Shown here piece after piece: positions 10,500 through 20,209 of a DNA stretch of 22,009 nt; within the stretch, counting starts at the first letter, position 1, and every line of letters begins with the position of its first letter. Both the position numbers and the translations under genes were made by a program. Source of the DNA: Octopus sinensis. Taxonomy: Eukaryota. Location of the stretch: NCBI RefSeq assembly GCF_006345805.1, contig NW_021824733.1, positions 1-22,009 on the forward strand. The letters run 5' to 3'. The notes beneath the pieces are model-generated. The model had not been told where the DNA came from and ran no database searches. It saw nothing but the letters and a program-made list of their open reading frames with translations.

Positions 10500-10570
10500 T
10501 GTATGTATGTGTCTGTCTGTCTGTCTGTCTATCTATCCATCCATCCATCCATCCATCCATCCATCCATCC

Positions 10571-10666
<96 letters not shown>

Positions 10667-10723
10667 GCCTGCCTGCCTGTCTGCCTGCCTGCCTGCCTGT
10701 CTGTCTGTCTGGCTGGCTGCCTG

Positions 10724-10794
<71 letters not shown>

Positions 10795-10800
10795 GTATGT
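10471..10800. repeat. Compound tetranucleotide array TATG-TCTG-TCCA-TCTA-TCTG-CCTG-TCTA
   Basis: Directly visible. Confidence 0.95.
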
Positions 10801-10902
10801 ACGTATATATATAATAAATTAATAAATAAAATAAAACATATGCATATATACATACATATATGTACGTACCTACCTCTACATGTATATATATATGCATATA
10901 TG

Positions 10903-11250
10903 GGTACAGGACACCAAAAAAAAACGTCGAACACAATGAGAAACGAAAACATAAACACAAAACGAAGGAAATGGACATTTTTCTTAAACAACGAAAAAAC
11001 AGAGTACAGGACAGACAACACAAGGAAAATTCCCCTTCTTCAGTCACCTCTATTTAATCTACTCTGCGTTTCGAAGGTCAAGGCGAGACACGACTTCAAT
11101 GAAACATTCCTTCCCGCAAAAAGCAAATTAAATAAAGTTTGAGATTTTTTTGCGGAGGGGTAAAAATGGTAACAAAAACAGGACAGTAAAGACAATACAA
11201 AATATAAACAGTAAAGGACAGGACAAGGAGAATAGCAGTAACACAAACAT
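10903..11250. mobile_element. Unclassified interspersed repeat, possibly a Penelope-like terminal region
   Basis: Recalled as a common octopus repeat. Carries a degenerate hammerhead-like relic on the minus strand (11066-11105). Boundaries approximate. Confidence 0.3.
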
Positions 11251-11429
11251 TGAGAGCTGTTAAGCCAGAACGAAAGAAAAAAATATTATGAACGCTTTTG
11301 AGGACGGCAAGAGAGAGACATGGCTTCCTTAGCTCTCGTCGCGGGTCAACAACGGGAGGGAGGAGGAGGAGCAAGAGAAAGGGAGAGAAAAAAGGGAATG
11401 GTTGTAGAGAAAACCAGAAAGAATGAAGA

Positions 11430-11610
11430 CTGTCTGACTGTCTATCTGTCCATCTATCTATCTATATGTCTGTCTGTCTGTCTGTGTCTGCCTGCTTGTT
11501 TGTCTGTCTGCCTGTACAATCAGAAAACAGATTGACTGACTTATAGCTTGCTAGCTAGCTATCAGTCAGTCTATCTGTCTTCCGATTGCCTCTGTCTGTC
11601 TGCGTATCTG
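11430..11610. repeat. Degenerate TCTG/TCTA tetranucleotide tract
   Basis: Directly visible. Confidence 0.75.
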
Positions 11611-12129
11611 TTTATCTTTCAGCTTTCTCTTATATTTATATTATAGAGATATTTTTGCCTTTCCACAATTAAAATATATCTTATCTGGGTTAGACAAAAC
11701 ATTTATCCGTTTCGTATAATAATCAGATGTTTGGTTGAAATCGATAATCGTGCTTATCATCTCTCCATAGTTTTTCTGTTATCGAAAATATTTTTTCCAT
11801 CTCATCTCCCAAAATTTTCTTAAAAATAAGATTTAAGTAATATTTTCTACAAAGGAAAGGAAATATTCTAAGTTGAAAAATCCAACGAAAAACGTTTCAT
11901 ATTCAGCTGTTTATATTCGTCCCATTACAGTACTCTCCCACCTGATGAATGGTAGATATCTACGTAAACTCCTAAGTAAAGATTTCAGAATGAACAAGAA
12001 AGGGAATAGCAATAATTAATACTTGGTTCTGAAAATACAGTCAAAATATATTTGTTAAAGCTAAAGCTCAAAATTTCATGACTCCTTGTTTCATGCCTTC
12101 GATCTTTCGACAAAAACTGAGGAATGAAG

Positions 12130-12512
12130 CACACACACACACCCCCACACACACACACACACCCCCACACATTATGCATGCATATATGTATATGTATATA
12201 TATGTGTGTGTATATATATATACATATATTTATATGTATATGTATAAATATATACATACATGTATTTATTTAAGTGTATATATATATATTATATATATAT
12301 ATTATATAATATATATATATTATATATATATATATATATATAATATATATATATATTATATATATATATTTATATATTATATATTATATATAATATTTAT
12401 ATAATATTATATATAATATTATATAAATATTATATATAATATTATATATAATTCGTTGCTAAACCCTTAATTACTTAGTATTACTATATATATATATATA
12501 TATTATATATAT

Positions 12513-12602
<90 letters not shown>

Positions 12603-12690
12603 TATATATAATATATATATATATATATTATATTATATATATATATATATAATTATATATATATTATGTAATATATTATATATATATATC

Positions 12691-12729
<39 letters not shown>

Positions 12730-12734
12730 ATATA
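12130..12734. repeat. (CA)n then long imperfect (TA)n tract, interrupted by a 36-bp repeat end at 12450-12485
   Basis: Directly visible. Confidence 0.92.
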
Positions 12735-12884
12735 AGTAATACTAAGTAATTAAGGGTTTAGCAACGAATTGCCTCACCAACACACCGAATTTAGAAATAG
12801 CAGTCAAAGAGATATAGCTATTCCTTCTACTAAAAGGGGGATCTCAGTAAAAATACAGCACTTGAAAGGCAAACACAGACATAT

Positions 12885-12976
12885 CCTGCGCCGATGAGAA
12901 AAGAAGTTTGGGTAAGGTAGAATTTTCTAATTCTTATGCTTTCCTAAAACTTGATTTCGAAACGTACGTCCGTAGG
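12885..12976 (+). ncRNA. Type I hammerhead ribozyme-like motif (CCGAUGA core variant)
   Basis: CCTGCG-CCGATGA-[G...C 61-nt stem II hairpin, 12898-12958]-GAAA-CG-T-A-CGTCCGTAGG. Predicted GUA cleavage at 12966/12967. Confidence 0.6.
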
Positions 12977-13439
12977 TAACTTAAAATTGTATGATAGATT
13001 GCCGTCATTTCATTCTTTCTTTCTTACCTGTCTGTGTTTGCCTTTCAAGTGCTGTGTTTTTACTGAAAGTTTGTGTCACCAGCCCCCTTCCACCCGCGTG
13101 TAGCCAAGACAAAATGCTGTGGTCATTTACTGGGATAAAATATGGTTATCAGTAACAATAAAGGGTGAAATTAATTAATTTGGAATAATTATCATTACAC
13201 CAAGTAGATTTCGGCATGTAAAAGCCCCATTCGAGGAAAATTTAATTTAACTAATAATTAAGGGTTTAGCAACAATTGCCTCCCAACACACCCGAATTTA
13301 GAAATAGCAGTCAAAGAGATATAGCTATTCCTTCTACTAAAAAGGGATCTCAGTAAAAACACAGCACTTGAAAGGCAAACACAGACAGGTAAGAAAGAAA
13401 GAATGAAATGACGGCAATCTATCATACAATTTTAAGTTA

Positions 13440-13531
13440 CCTACGGACGTACGTTTCGAAATCAAGTTTTAGGAAAGCATAAGAATTAGAAAATTCTACC
13501 TTACCCAAACTTCTTTTCTCATCGGCGCAGG
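13440..13531 (-). ncRNA. Type I hammerhead ribozyme-like motif (CCGAUGA core variant)
   Basis: Reverse complement of 12885-12976. Confidence 0.6.
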
Positions 13532-14116
13532 ATACTAAATATGAATAATTGTTATTAATTTTGAGATACTAGAAGGCATTATCTCAACTCAGTGTCAGAG
13601 CGAGCCAAAGCATGACCAGTACCACGAAATTCAAGGTGTGAATGAAAGTTTGTGTCACCAGCCCCCTTCCACCCGCGTGTAGCCAAGACAAATGCTGTGG
13701 TCATTTACTGGGGATAAAATATGGTTATCAGTACAATAAAGGGTGAAACTAATAATTTGGAATAATTATCAATTACACCCAGTAGATTTCGGCATGTAAA
13801 AGCCCCATTCGAGGAAAATTAAGTAATACTCTCGAATGGGGCTTTTACATGCCGAAATCTACTTGGTGTAATTGATAATTATTCCAAATTAATTAATTTC
13901 ACCCTTTATTGTTACTGATAACCATATTTTATCCAGTAAATGACCACAGCATTTGTGTTTTGGCTACACGCGGGTGGAAGGGGGCTGGTGACACAAACTT
14001 TCATTCACACCTTGAATTTCGTGGTACTGGTCATGCTTTGGCTCGCTCTGACACTGAGTTGAGATAATGCCTTCTAGTATCTCAAAATTAAATACAATTA
14101 TTCATAATTGTAGTAT

Positions 14117-14208
14117 CCTGCGCCGATGAGAAAAGAAGTTTGGGTAAGGTAGAATTTTCTAATTCTTATGCTTTCCTAAAACTTGATTTCGAAACGTACG
14201 TCCGTAGG
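14117..14208 (+). ncRNA. Type I hammerhead ribozyme-like motif (CCGAUGA core variant)
   Basis: Same 92-nt sequence as 12885-12976. Predicted cleavage at 14198/14199. Confidence 0.6.
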
Positions 14209-14532
14209 TAACTTAAAATTGTATGATAGATTGCCGTCATTTCATTCTTTATTTCTTACCTGTCTGTGTTTGCCTTTCAAGTGCTGTGTTTTTTACTGAG
14301 ATCCCCCTTTTAGTAGAAGGAATAGCTATATCTCTTTGACTGCTATTTCTAAATTCGGTGTGTTGGTGAGGCAATTCGTTGCTAAACCCTTAATTACTTA
14401 GTATTACTTATATATATATATATATATATATATATCCACACACACACGCATATATATATATGTATATATTCGTACGCACGCGCACACACATGTACACATA
14501 CACATATACGTTTTGTAAACACTTGTCTTCTC

Positions 14533-14570
<38 letters not shown>

Positions 14571-14575
<5 letters not shown>

Positions 14576-14950
14576 TCGGTTGAAAAAAGTCCATAGGCTA
14601 ACTAAGATGCCCTCATGGGCTGTGACCAAATGAGCTTTATTCTTCAGCATAGTCCACCTTGCAGTCCACACACTTCTTCCATCGGTGTTGCAGTGCTTGG
14701 ATCCTATTTGTGAACAGGTTTTCATCCTATTGCTCGAAAAAGTCATCAACAGCAGATATTTACGTCATGATCAGAGCGATATTGGTTACCACCCAAGTGG
14801 TTTTTTTCCATGTTGGAGAACAGATGATAGGTGGGGTCAAATCAAGATAATAAGGACGGTAAAGACTTTTGCATCTCTCAAAAAAAACTGAGGTCATCAC
14901 CTTGTCTGCAAATGAAACGGCCTTATCCCTCTCTGGAGCAGGAGAAGGTA
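14571..14950 (-). mobile_element. Internally deleted mariner transposon 3' relic
   Basis: SPAPERDKAVSFADKVMTSVFF and ISAVDDFFEQ*DENLFTNRIQALQHRWKKCVDCKVDYAE match the mariner transposase C-terminal half. TIR-like GAGAGTCGGTTGAAAAAAGTCCATAGGCTA abuts a TA array. Confidence 0.8.
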
Positions 14951-15181
14951 ACTCAGGTAACTGGGATAACTCCGACATAAAACCTGCGGCTCAGTGGTTA
15001 CCGATGATGTTGACTTGTTCTTCTTTTCGGATTATGGCTACTGTTGCTTAGTGAGTGGGATTGACTCAGTGCACAGCCTTTCCTCACTTAAAAAAAAATC
15101 TTCTTGCGCAGGCATTGCACGATAACAACATTGATTAAGCTTCGTGCAATGGCCATACTCGATAACGAGGGGGCAGCCACC

Positions 15182-15481
15182 ATGTATGTATGTATGTATG
15201 TATTTATGTATGTATGTATGTATGTATGTATGTATGTATGTATGTATGTATGTATGTGTGTGTATGTTTGTGTGTGTATGTATTTATGCATTTATGTATG
15301 TGTGTATGTATGTATTTATGTATGTGTATGCATATATATATATATATATGTATGTGTATGTACGTGTGTATGTCTGTATGAATATGTATATGAATGTATC
15401 TTTTGGAGGTTTAGGTCTTTCGCATAACTGAAGCCGATTTATATATTTATGTATGTGTGTATGTCTGCATGTATATATACC

Positions 15482-15520
<39 letters not shown>

Positions 15521-15560
15521 ATGTATGTATGTATGTATGTATGTATGTATGCATGCATAT
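15182..15560. repeat. (TATG)n/(TG)n/(TCTG)n compound microsatellite
   Basis: Directly visible. Confidence 0.9.
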
Positions 15561-15699
15561 AAGGATGTATGTTTTGGGAATTTAAGTTCTTGGCATAAAT
15601 GAAACCAGTCACTAAAAAAACGAGTACTTTACGTTTAAATCAAGATACTTCGAGGATTTGTGAATGTGTGAGTTACTGTGTGCACGTGTAGGTATTCCT

Positions 15700-16005
15700 T
15701 GTTTGTTTGTTTTTTCTCGAGCCATGCCTGGCTCATAAGGACCGGTTTCCCGGTTTCCTTGGCGTATAGGTTCCCCACCTAGACGGGACGCCGATCCGTC
15801 GCAGGTGAGCTGCAAGATGCAGGAGGAAAGAGTGAGAGAAAGTTGTGGCGAAAGAGTCAGCAGAAGTTCGCCATTACCTTCTGCCGGAGCCGCGTGGAGC
15901 TCAGGTGTTTCGCTCATAAACACATACATCGCCCGTTCTGAGATTCGAACCCGCGATCCCTCGACCGCGAGTCCGCTGCTCTAACCACTAGGCCATGTAT
16001 CACCA
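15700..16005 (-). mobile_element. tRNA-derived SINE, family D (V-domain-like CCTGCGACGGA..GGCGTCCCGTC, AACA tail)
   Basis: A-box TGGCCTAGTGG, B-box GTTCGAATC, tail (AACA)n. The V-domain label is recalled, not verified. Confidence 0.85.
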
Positions 16006-16189
16006 CTTTAACCTGAACGTGTAGGTGTACTTTGGTGTGTGTGTGGATATAATTACAATCTTATAAGGAGTGTTCATATTTTTTCTACTTCATGCGTGTA
16101 TTTGTATATCTAATTGCACTTTATACAGGTATATTTGTATGTATGTATGTGTGGGTTTATACCATATACACATGCAATTGTTCATTCCA

Positions 16190-16575
16190 GGACATTCATA
16201 TGGAGAATTTTTACGAATGTTTTACAGATCTTCACGGTACCACTAGTCGATTGGGTTTGGAGGATCTATGTAAGTTTCTTTTGTTCTTTCTGGGAAAACC
16301 TGAGTGTTATCAGGTTTTTATGCAAATCTATTTACATAGCTCATTTTTACTATGATGGTGGGCACAACTGAAAATTTATAACTCAGATACTAGAGTTGTA
16401 AGTTCCGTATTAGTTTACCATAGATGTCTTTTATCACAACTTTAGCCAAGGAACTCACATCCACTGAGTAGCTGACCTCTACAATGGTGCATAATATCTT
16501 TGTCCACCTCTGTTTAAATAATACAATATCATTGCATTTACACCGGATTGGTGTTTTTATTGGAATGTTCTTGTG
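16190..16575 (-). mobile_element. Older R4/Dong-like relic, lineage 2
   Basis: NIPIKTPIRCK...LCTIVEVSYSVDV...DIYGKLIRNLQL*YLSYKFSVVPTII...QSTSGTVKICK aligns to the 9905-10300 translation. Confidence 0.7.
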
Positions 16576-16699
16576 ATTCTCCTTGGGCGCTATAAAAATC
16601 TGATGCTAATAAAAAATATAATCTGTAGATTATCATATTAAACAAGAACACAATAACAACATACCAAAACTTAGCAGATAAGAAACAAAGTGATGAAAC

Positions 16700-17810
16700 A
16701 ACCTTTTGAGCAGTATTTTATCTTTATTACGGTGAAAGATGAAAATTCAGATTCAAATAAATGTTGAAGGAAACTGTAGGAGAGCTGCCATCACTAATTC
16801 AGTCAGTATTGATAATTTTGATTTCACATTCAACCCCACAAAACTTTGATGTTTGATTTTAAAAATTCAAGTTTGTAAAGTCTTCTTGTGCCTTGAAAGA
16901 AAGATATTCCACCTGTTTCATTACTACAATGAATAGAATTTGGACTGAATTTGATTTATACCGTTGTCAATATCTCTTCGAAGATTATTTGCTGAATTGA
17001 TTTTCTGTTCATAGCAAATACTCAGTTATGAACTGCTTGAACGAGTTAAAAGACACATTAGATTCACAACGAAATTATTAGTACAAGAAAGCATTTCAAA
17101 TTTATCATTTTGTACAGTATGTTTCCATAGGTTTATCTTTTTTTCCCTCTGAACACTTCATGTGAAGATATTTGTGTTTTCCTATTATAGAGACATATTA
17201 AATTCATTAAATTCCTCAAATATCTCCGACAAATAGCATAACTTGTAAAGCTAATTCTTATAATGAAACAATTCAACAAAATTTGCACTTTTGTTTTGAT
17301 AAGTACAATATTACATTAATTTCGAAGGTTTACTAGTTGCCCCAGAGTTCCTCTTCTTGACAAAAATTTCACTTCCTGATGCAATGAAAGTTTGCTGAAC
17401 TCAGATCTCACATTCTGCTATAGATTTATGAACAGAAGATGGACCATTCAATGCGTGACTTTTGAGGTTGATAATTTTTGACTGTATCTCCATACCACCC
17501 CAAGAAGTTATTTCAAAGCATATGACTCTCCATGAACCATGCAGTGGATGAATGTAATAGATTCATTACCTGATGATTTAATCCTGTAATTTTTTTCTTA
17601 CTGCTACTGCACCAACACAGTTAATGTATTCCAGTTCCAGTTCTTTTATCTATAAATGAGTTTACTTTGAAGAAAACACTTTCCCCCGTTGTACATCCGT
17701 ATTATAATCAGCAAAACATTAAGTTCATACCGACAATTTATTCATAAAAATAACTGAAAAATATCAACAACTGAACTGCATTTATAAATCAAGAAGTATA
17801 ACTTTTGCAT
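16700..17810 (-). mobile_element. Decayed hAT (Charlie/SPIN-like) transposase
   Basis: Motif remnants in the expected order: AVQLLIF, GCTTGES, ITFIHCMVHGES (17526-17564), LHQEVKFLSRRG (17349-17385), LCYLSEIFEEFNEFNMSL (17189-17242), ALLQFPST..ESEFSSFTVIKIKY (hATC dimerisation region). Many stops and frameshifts. Confidence 0.8.
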
Positions 17811-18221
17811 TGGTTTCTGCTGTGTTCATTGACAAATTTTTTCATGAGCAAGTATTTTTAATTTAGCAGGTATTTTAAATCGAGCAGGTATTTTAAGTTG
17901 TTGTGTAATAAAACAATTAAGTAAAACATTGAAATTAAGTGCAAAAAATAGTTTAATACAAGGATTGGCGAATTTAAATGGAATAACAATAATATCTAAA
18001 TGATAAAATTGTATAATAGAAAATAACTGCATAAAATGTATCATAAATTAAAATTAACTTATTGAACTTTTTTTGCATTTGTATTTAATTAATTTTATTT
18101 GATATGAATTTACTTGGGAAAATGGAAGAAAATTGCATTTTTATATCTTTATTGATCTTACGTGTAAATTACACACAAGCGATCTCATCAAGTACCTACT
18201 ATTGCGATATACTCACTGCTC

Positions 18222-18303
18222 ATACATACATACATACATACATACATACATACATACATACATACATACATACATACACATACATACATACATACATTCA
18301 TGC

Positions 18304-18336
<33 letters not shown>

Positions 18337-18355
18337 ATATATAATATATATATCA
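18222..18355. repeat. (CATA)n then (TA)n microsatellite
   Basis: Directly visible. Confidence 0.93.
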
Positions 18356-18452
18356 TAGTTATCAAACAAGAAAGGCACAAAAAAAACACCATAACGCGAG
18401 GACGTGGAACAAATAGTATTATTGGACGCTCAAGAAAGAAGAAAGAAGGAGG

Positions 18453-18487
18453 GTTTAACGTTTCGAGCGGAGCTCTTCGTCGGAAAC
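18453..18487 (-). ncRNA. Minimal type I hammerhead-like motif (CCGACGA core) in an unclassified repeat (~18360-18550)
   Basis: Minus strand GTTT-CCGACGA-A-GAGC-TCC-GCTC-GAAA-CG-T-T-AAAC gives a 4-bp stem I, a 4-bp stem II and a palindromic ACGT stem III. Confidence 0.55.
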
Positions 18488-18557
18488 ATAGAAGAAAGAT
18501 CCAGAAGACGGGAAGACAGAGGAAAAAAATCGCCAACGTTACACACCGGTCACAACA

Positions 18558-18599
<42 letters not shown>

Positions 18600-18603
18600 G
18601 ATT

Positions 18604-18670
18604 CTAGGTAAATTTCACCATAGGTAAATTCCTACACGGTATATTCCACCATGGTAAATTCCACCCATGG
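18604..18670 (+). repeat. 15-16-bp minisatellite GGTAAATTCCACCAY x4
   Basis: Directly visible; inverted homologue at 20961-21083. Confidence 0.85.
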
Positions 18671-18826
18671 ACAGACTTCCAATACAAGTTGCTCTTGCTA
18701 ATAATCACCAAGGTCAGTTTCTCTAGGCCGTGGGTTAATACCTATGTTATTCAATTTGTCTCTCTCTCTCTCTCAAGTCTTAAGAAGAGAGACAGAGAAA
18801 GAGAGAGTCTGAAGGTGAGATAGAAA

Positions 18827-19620
18827 TTAATCATTTCGACTTCGTTCAATTTTTTTTGTCCGATGCCATTCCAATTTCGATTGTTTTTCTTTCGTGGTCA
18901 AATATTGTAATATCGGGTTTTCTATATGATTTGGTGTTATAACTGGACTATCTACAAAAATCTTAGCATTTTCACTTGTTACCTTTTCTATTTGAACGTT
19001 TCTGATTTTCTGGTTCTTCGATATGTTATATTGCTGTAGTAGATTCGCAAACATTACCTTGGTTGTCTCATCGTGTCTCTCTTTATATTTCGTGTGTGCT
19101 ATTTTCCCACATTATATTGCCATATGTGGAGGCGCAATGGCTCAGTGGTTAGGGCAGCGAACTCGCGGTCGTAGGATCGCGGTATCAATTCCCAGACCGG
19201 GCGTTGTGAGTGTTTATTGAGCGAAAACACCTAAAAGCTCCACGACGCTACGGCAGGGGGTGGTGGTGATCCCTGCTGTACTCTTTCACCACTCTTTCTC
19301 CCACTCTTAGCGGGGTGGCGTCATTCGAAGGCTAAAACAATGCGAACGCATTGTGACCAGCGATGTGTAACTACATCTGATGGACTGGTCGGTCACGTGA
19401 TCATGTGATATTGCCATATATTCGATATTTCCTTTGTTTTTTTTTTACAATATCTACATACCTTTATTTCTCCCATAGTGGTTGCTCTTCTCTTGTAAAT
19501 ACTGTGTATTATTTTCTATCTATGCTTGAGTATTTGCTTTGTTTTATAAATTTCAATGAGTCCCTTTTTGAGACTGACCCTCATTCAGGTGTTTAAAGTA
19601 TTCACCGTGCATTTCTTTGT
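18827..19620 (-). mobile_element. Decayed R4/Dong-like relic (third lineage), split by the SINE at 19126-19407
   Basis: KEMHGEYFKHLNE ... CRYCKKKTKE [SINE] MAI*CGKIAHTKYKERHDETTKV ... ENAKIFVDSPV..NKPDITIFDHERKTIEIGM covers CCHC, RHD and the PD..D endonuclease motifs. Confidence 0.7.
19126..19407 (+). mobile_element. tRNA-derived SINE, family C, with 12-bp TSD
   Basis: Head GGAGGCGCAATGGCTCAGTGGTTAGGGCAGCG. TSD ATATTGCCATAT at 19114-19125 and 19408-19419. Confidence 0.9.
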
Positions 19621-19727
19621 GTGATTGTCCCTTAATTATTTTTTTGTCTCTCGTATTTTTTGTATTCATTGATATTATTGATATACTTTTTTATGCATTC
19701 CTTTTTATTTCCATAATATCGTAACCC

Positions 19728-19729
<2 letters not shown>

Positions 19730-19779
<50 letters not shown>
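19730..19779. repeat. (AAT)n microsatellite
   Basis: Directly visible. Confidence 0.95.
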
Positions 19780-19780
<1 letters not shown>

Positions 19781-19781
<1 letters not shown>

Positions 19782-19860
19782 GTAAATGTTGGCCGACTCT
19801 GTCATGTCTTGCTTTGTATTCTACAGGTGCTAATACTCTACACCCTGATATTAGGTGGAC
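19781..19860 (-). mobile_element. 80-bp R4/Dong-like fragment, lineage 1
   Basis: Reverse complement encodes (V)HLISGCRVLAPVEYKARHDRVGQHL and aligns to 20210-20289 (about 7 mismatches). Confidence 0.85.
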
Positions 19861-19880
19861 TTATTATTATTATTATTATT

Positions 19881-20093
19881 ACTTTTTTTTCTTCTTTCAA
19901 ATTTGCTTCCATTTCTTGCCGAGTGTCTTCCCGACTCCTAGGGCAAAGAAACTCATAGTATACATTGGTAGGCCACTAAACCAAACTCAATAGTTCGTTT
20001 TTTTTTTTTTAAGTTAAATTAAAATACATGAGCAGCAACAGTTCTCACATCAACAATGCTCTTCTCAATACGTGTGATGTACCAGTTAAGACA

Positions 20094-20096
<3 letters not shown>
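19881..20096 (-). mobile_element. 3' end of R4/Dong-like element, lineage 1
   Basis: IVLTGTSHVLRRALLM* plus a 3' UTR homologous to 20690-20904. (AAT)n on both sides in element orientation. Confidence 0.85.
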
Positions 20097-20161
<65 letters not shown>

Positions 20162-20209
20162 AAGCAAAAGTCAAACATAGAATAATAATGATAATAATAA
20201 TAATAATAA

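Larger units (their letters stand above)
12735..14408. mobile_element. Tandem plus inverted array of a ~570-bp hammerhead-containing repeat (retrozyme or Penelope pseudo-LTR-like)
   Basis: Rearranged copy at 12735-13241, copy at 13255-13813, inverted copy at 13831-14408. Both outer ends abut (TA)n. No ORF. Confidence 0.75.

Noticed and set aside
11066-11105. Hammerhead-like relic GTTT-CATTGAAG...C-GAAA-CGC on the minus strand
   Set aside because: Core lacks CNGANGA, and stems I and III do not close
10457-11142. 226-aa and overlapping ORFs
   Set aside because: Stop-free because of tetranucleotide repeats; no domain signal
15905-16005. tRNA-like sequence with A and B boxes (also 19126-19200 and the family-A heads)
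   Set aside because: These are SINE heads continuing into SINE bodies, with no complete acceptor stem; not tRNA genes
17860-17897. GCAGGTATTTTAA repeated twice
   Set aside because: Short local duplication in AT-rich DNA with no further structure
18604-18670. Short regular repeats as a possible CRISPR array
   Set aside because: Tandem units with no unique spacers, in a eukaryotic context with no cas genes
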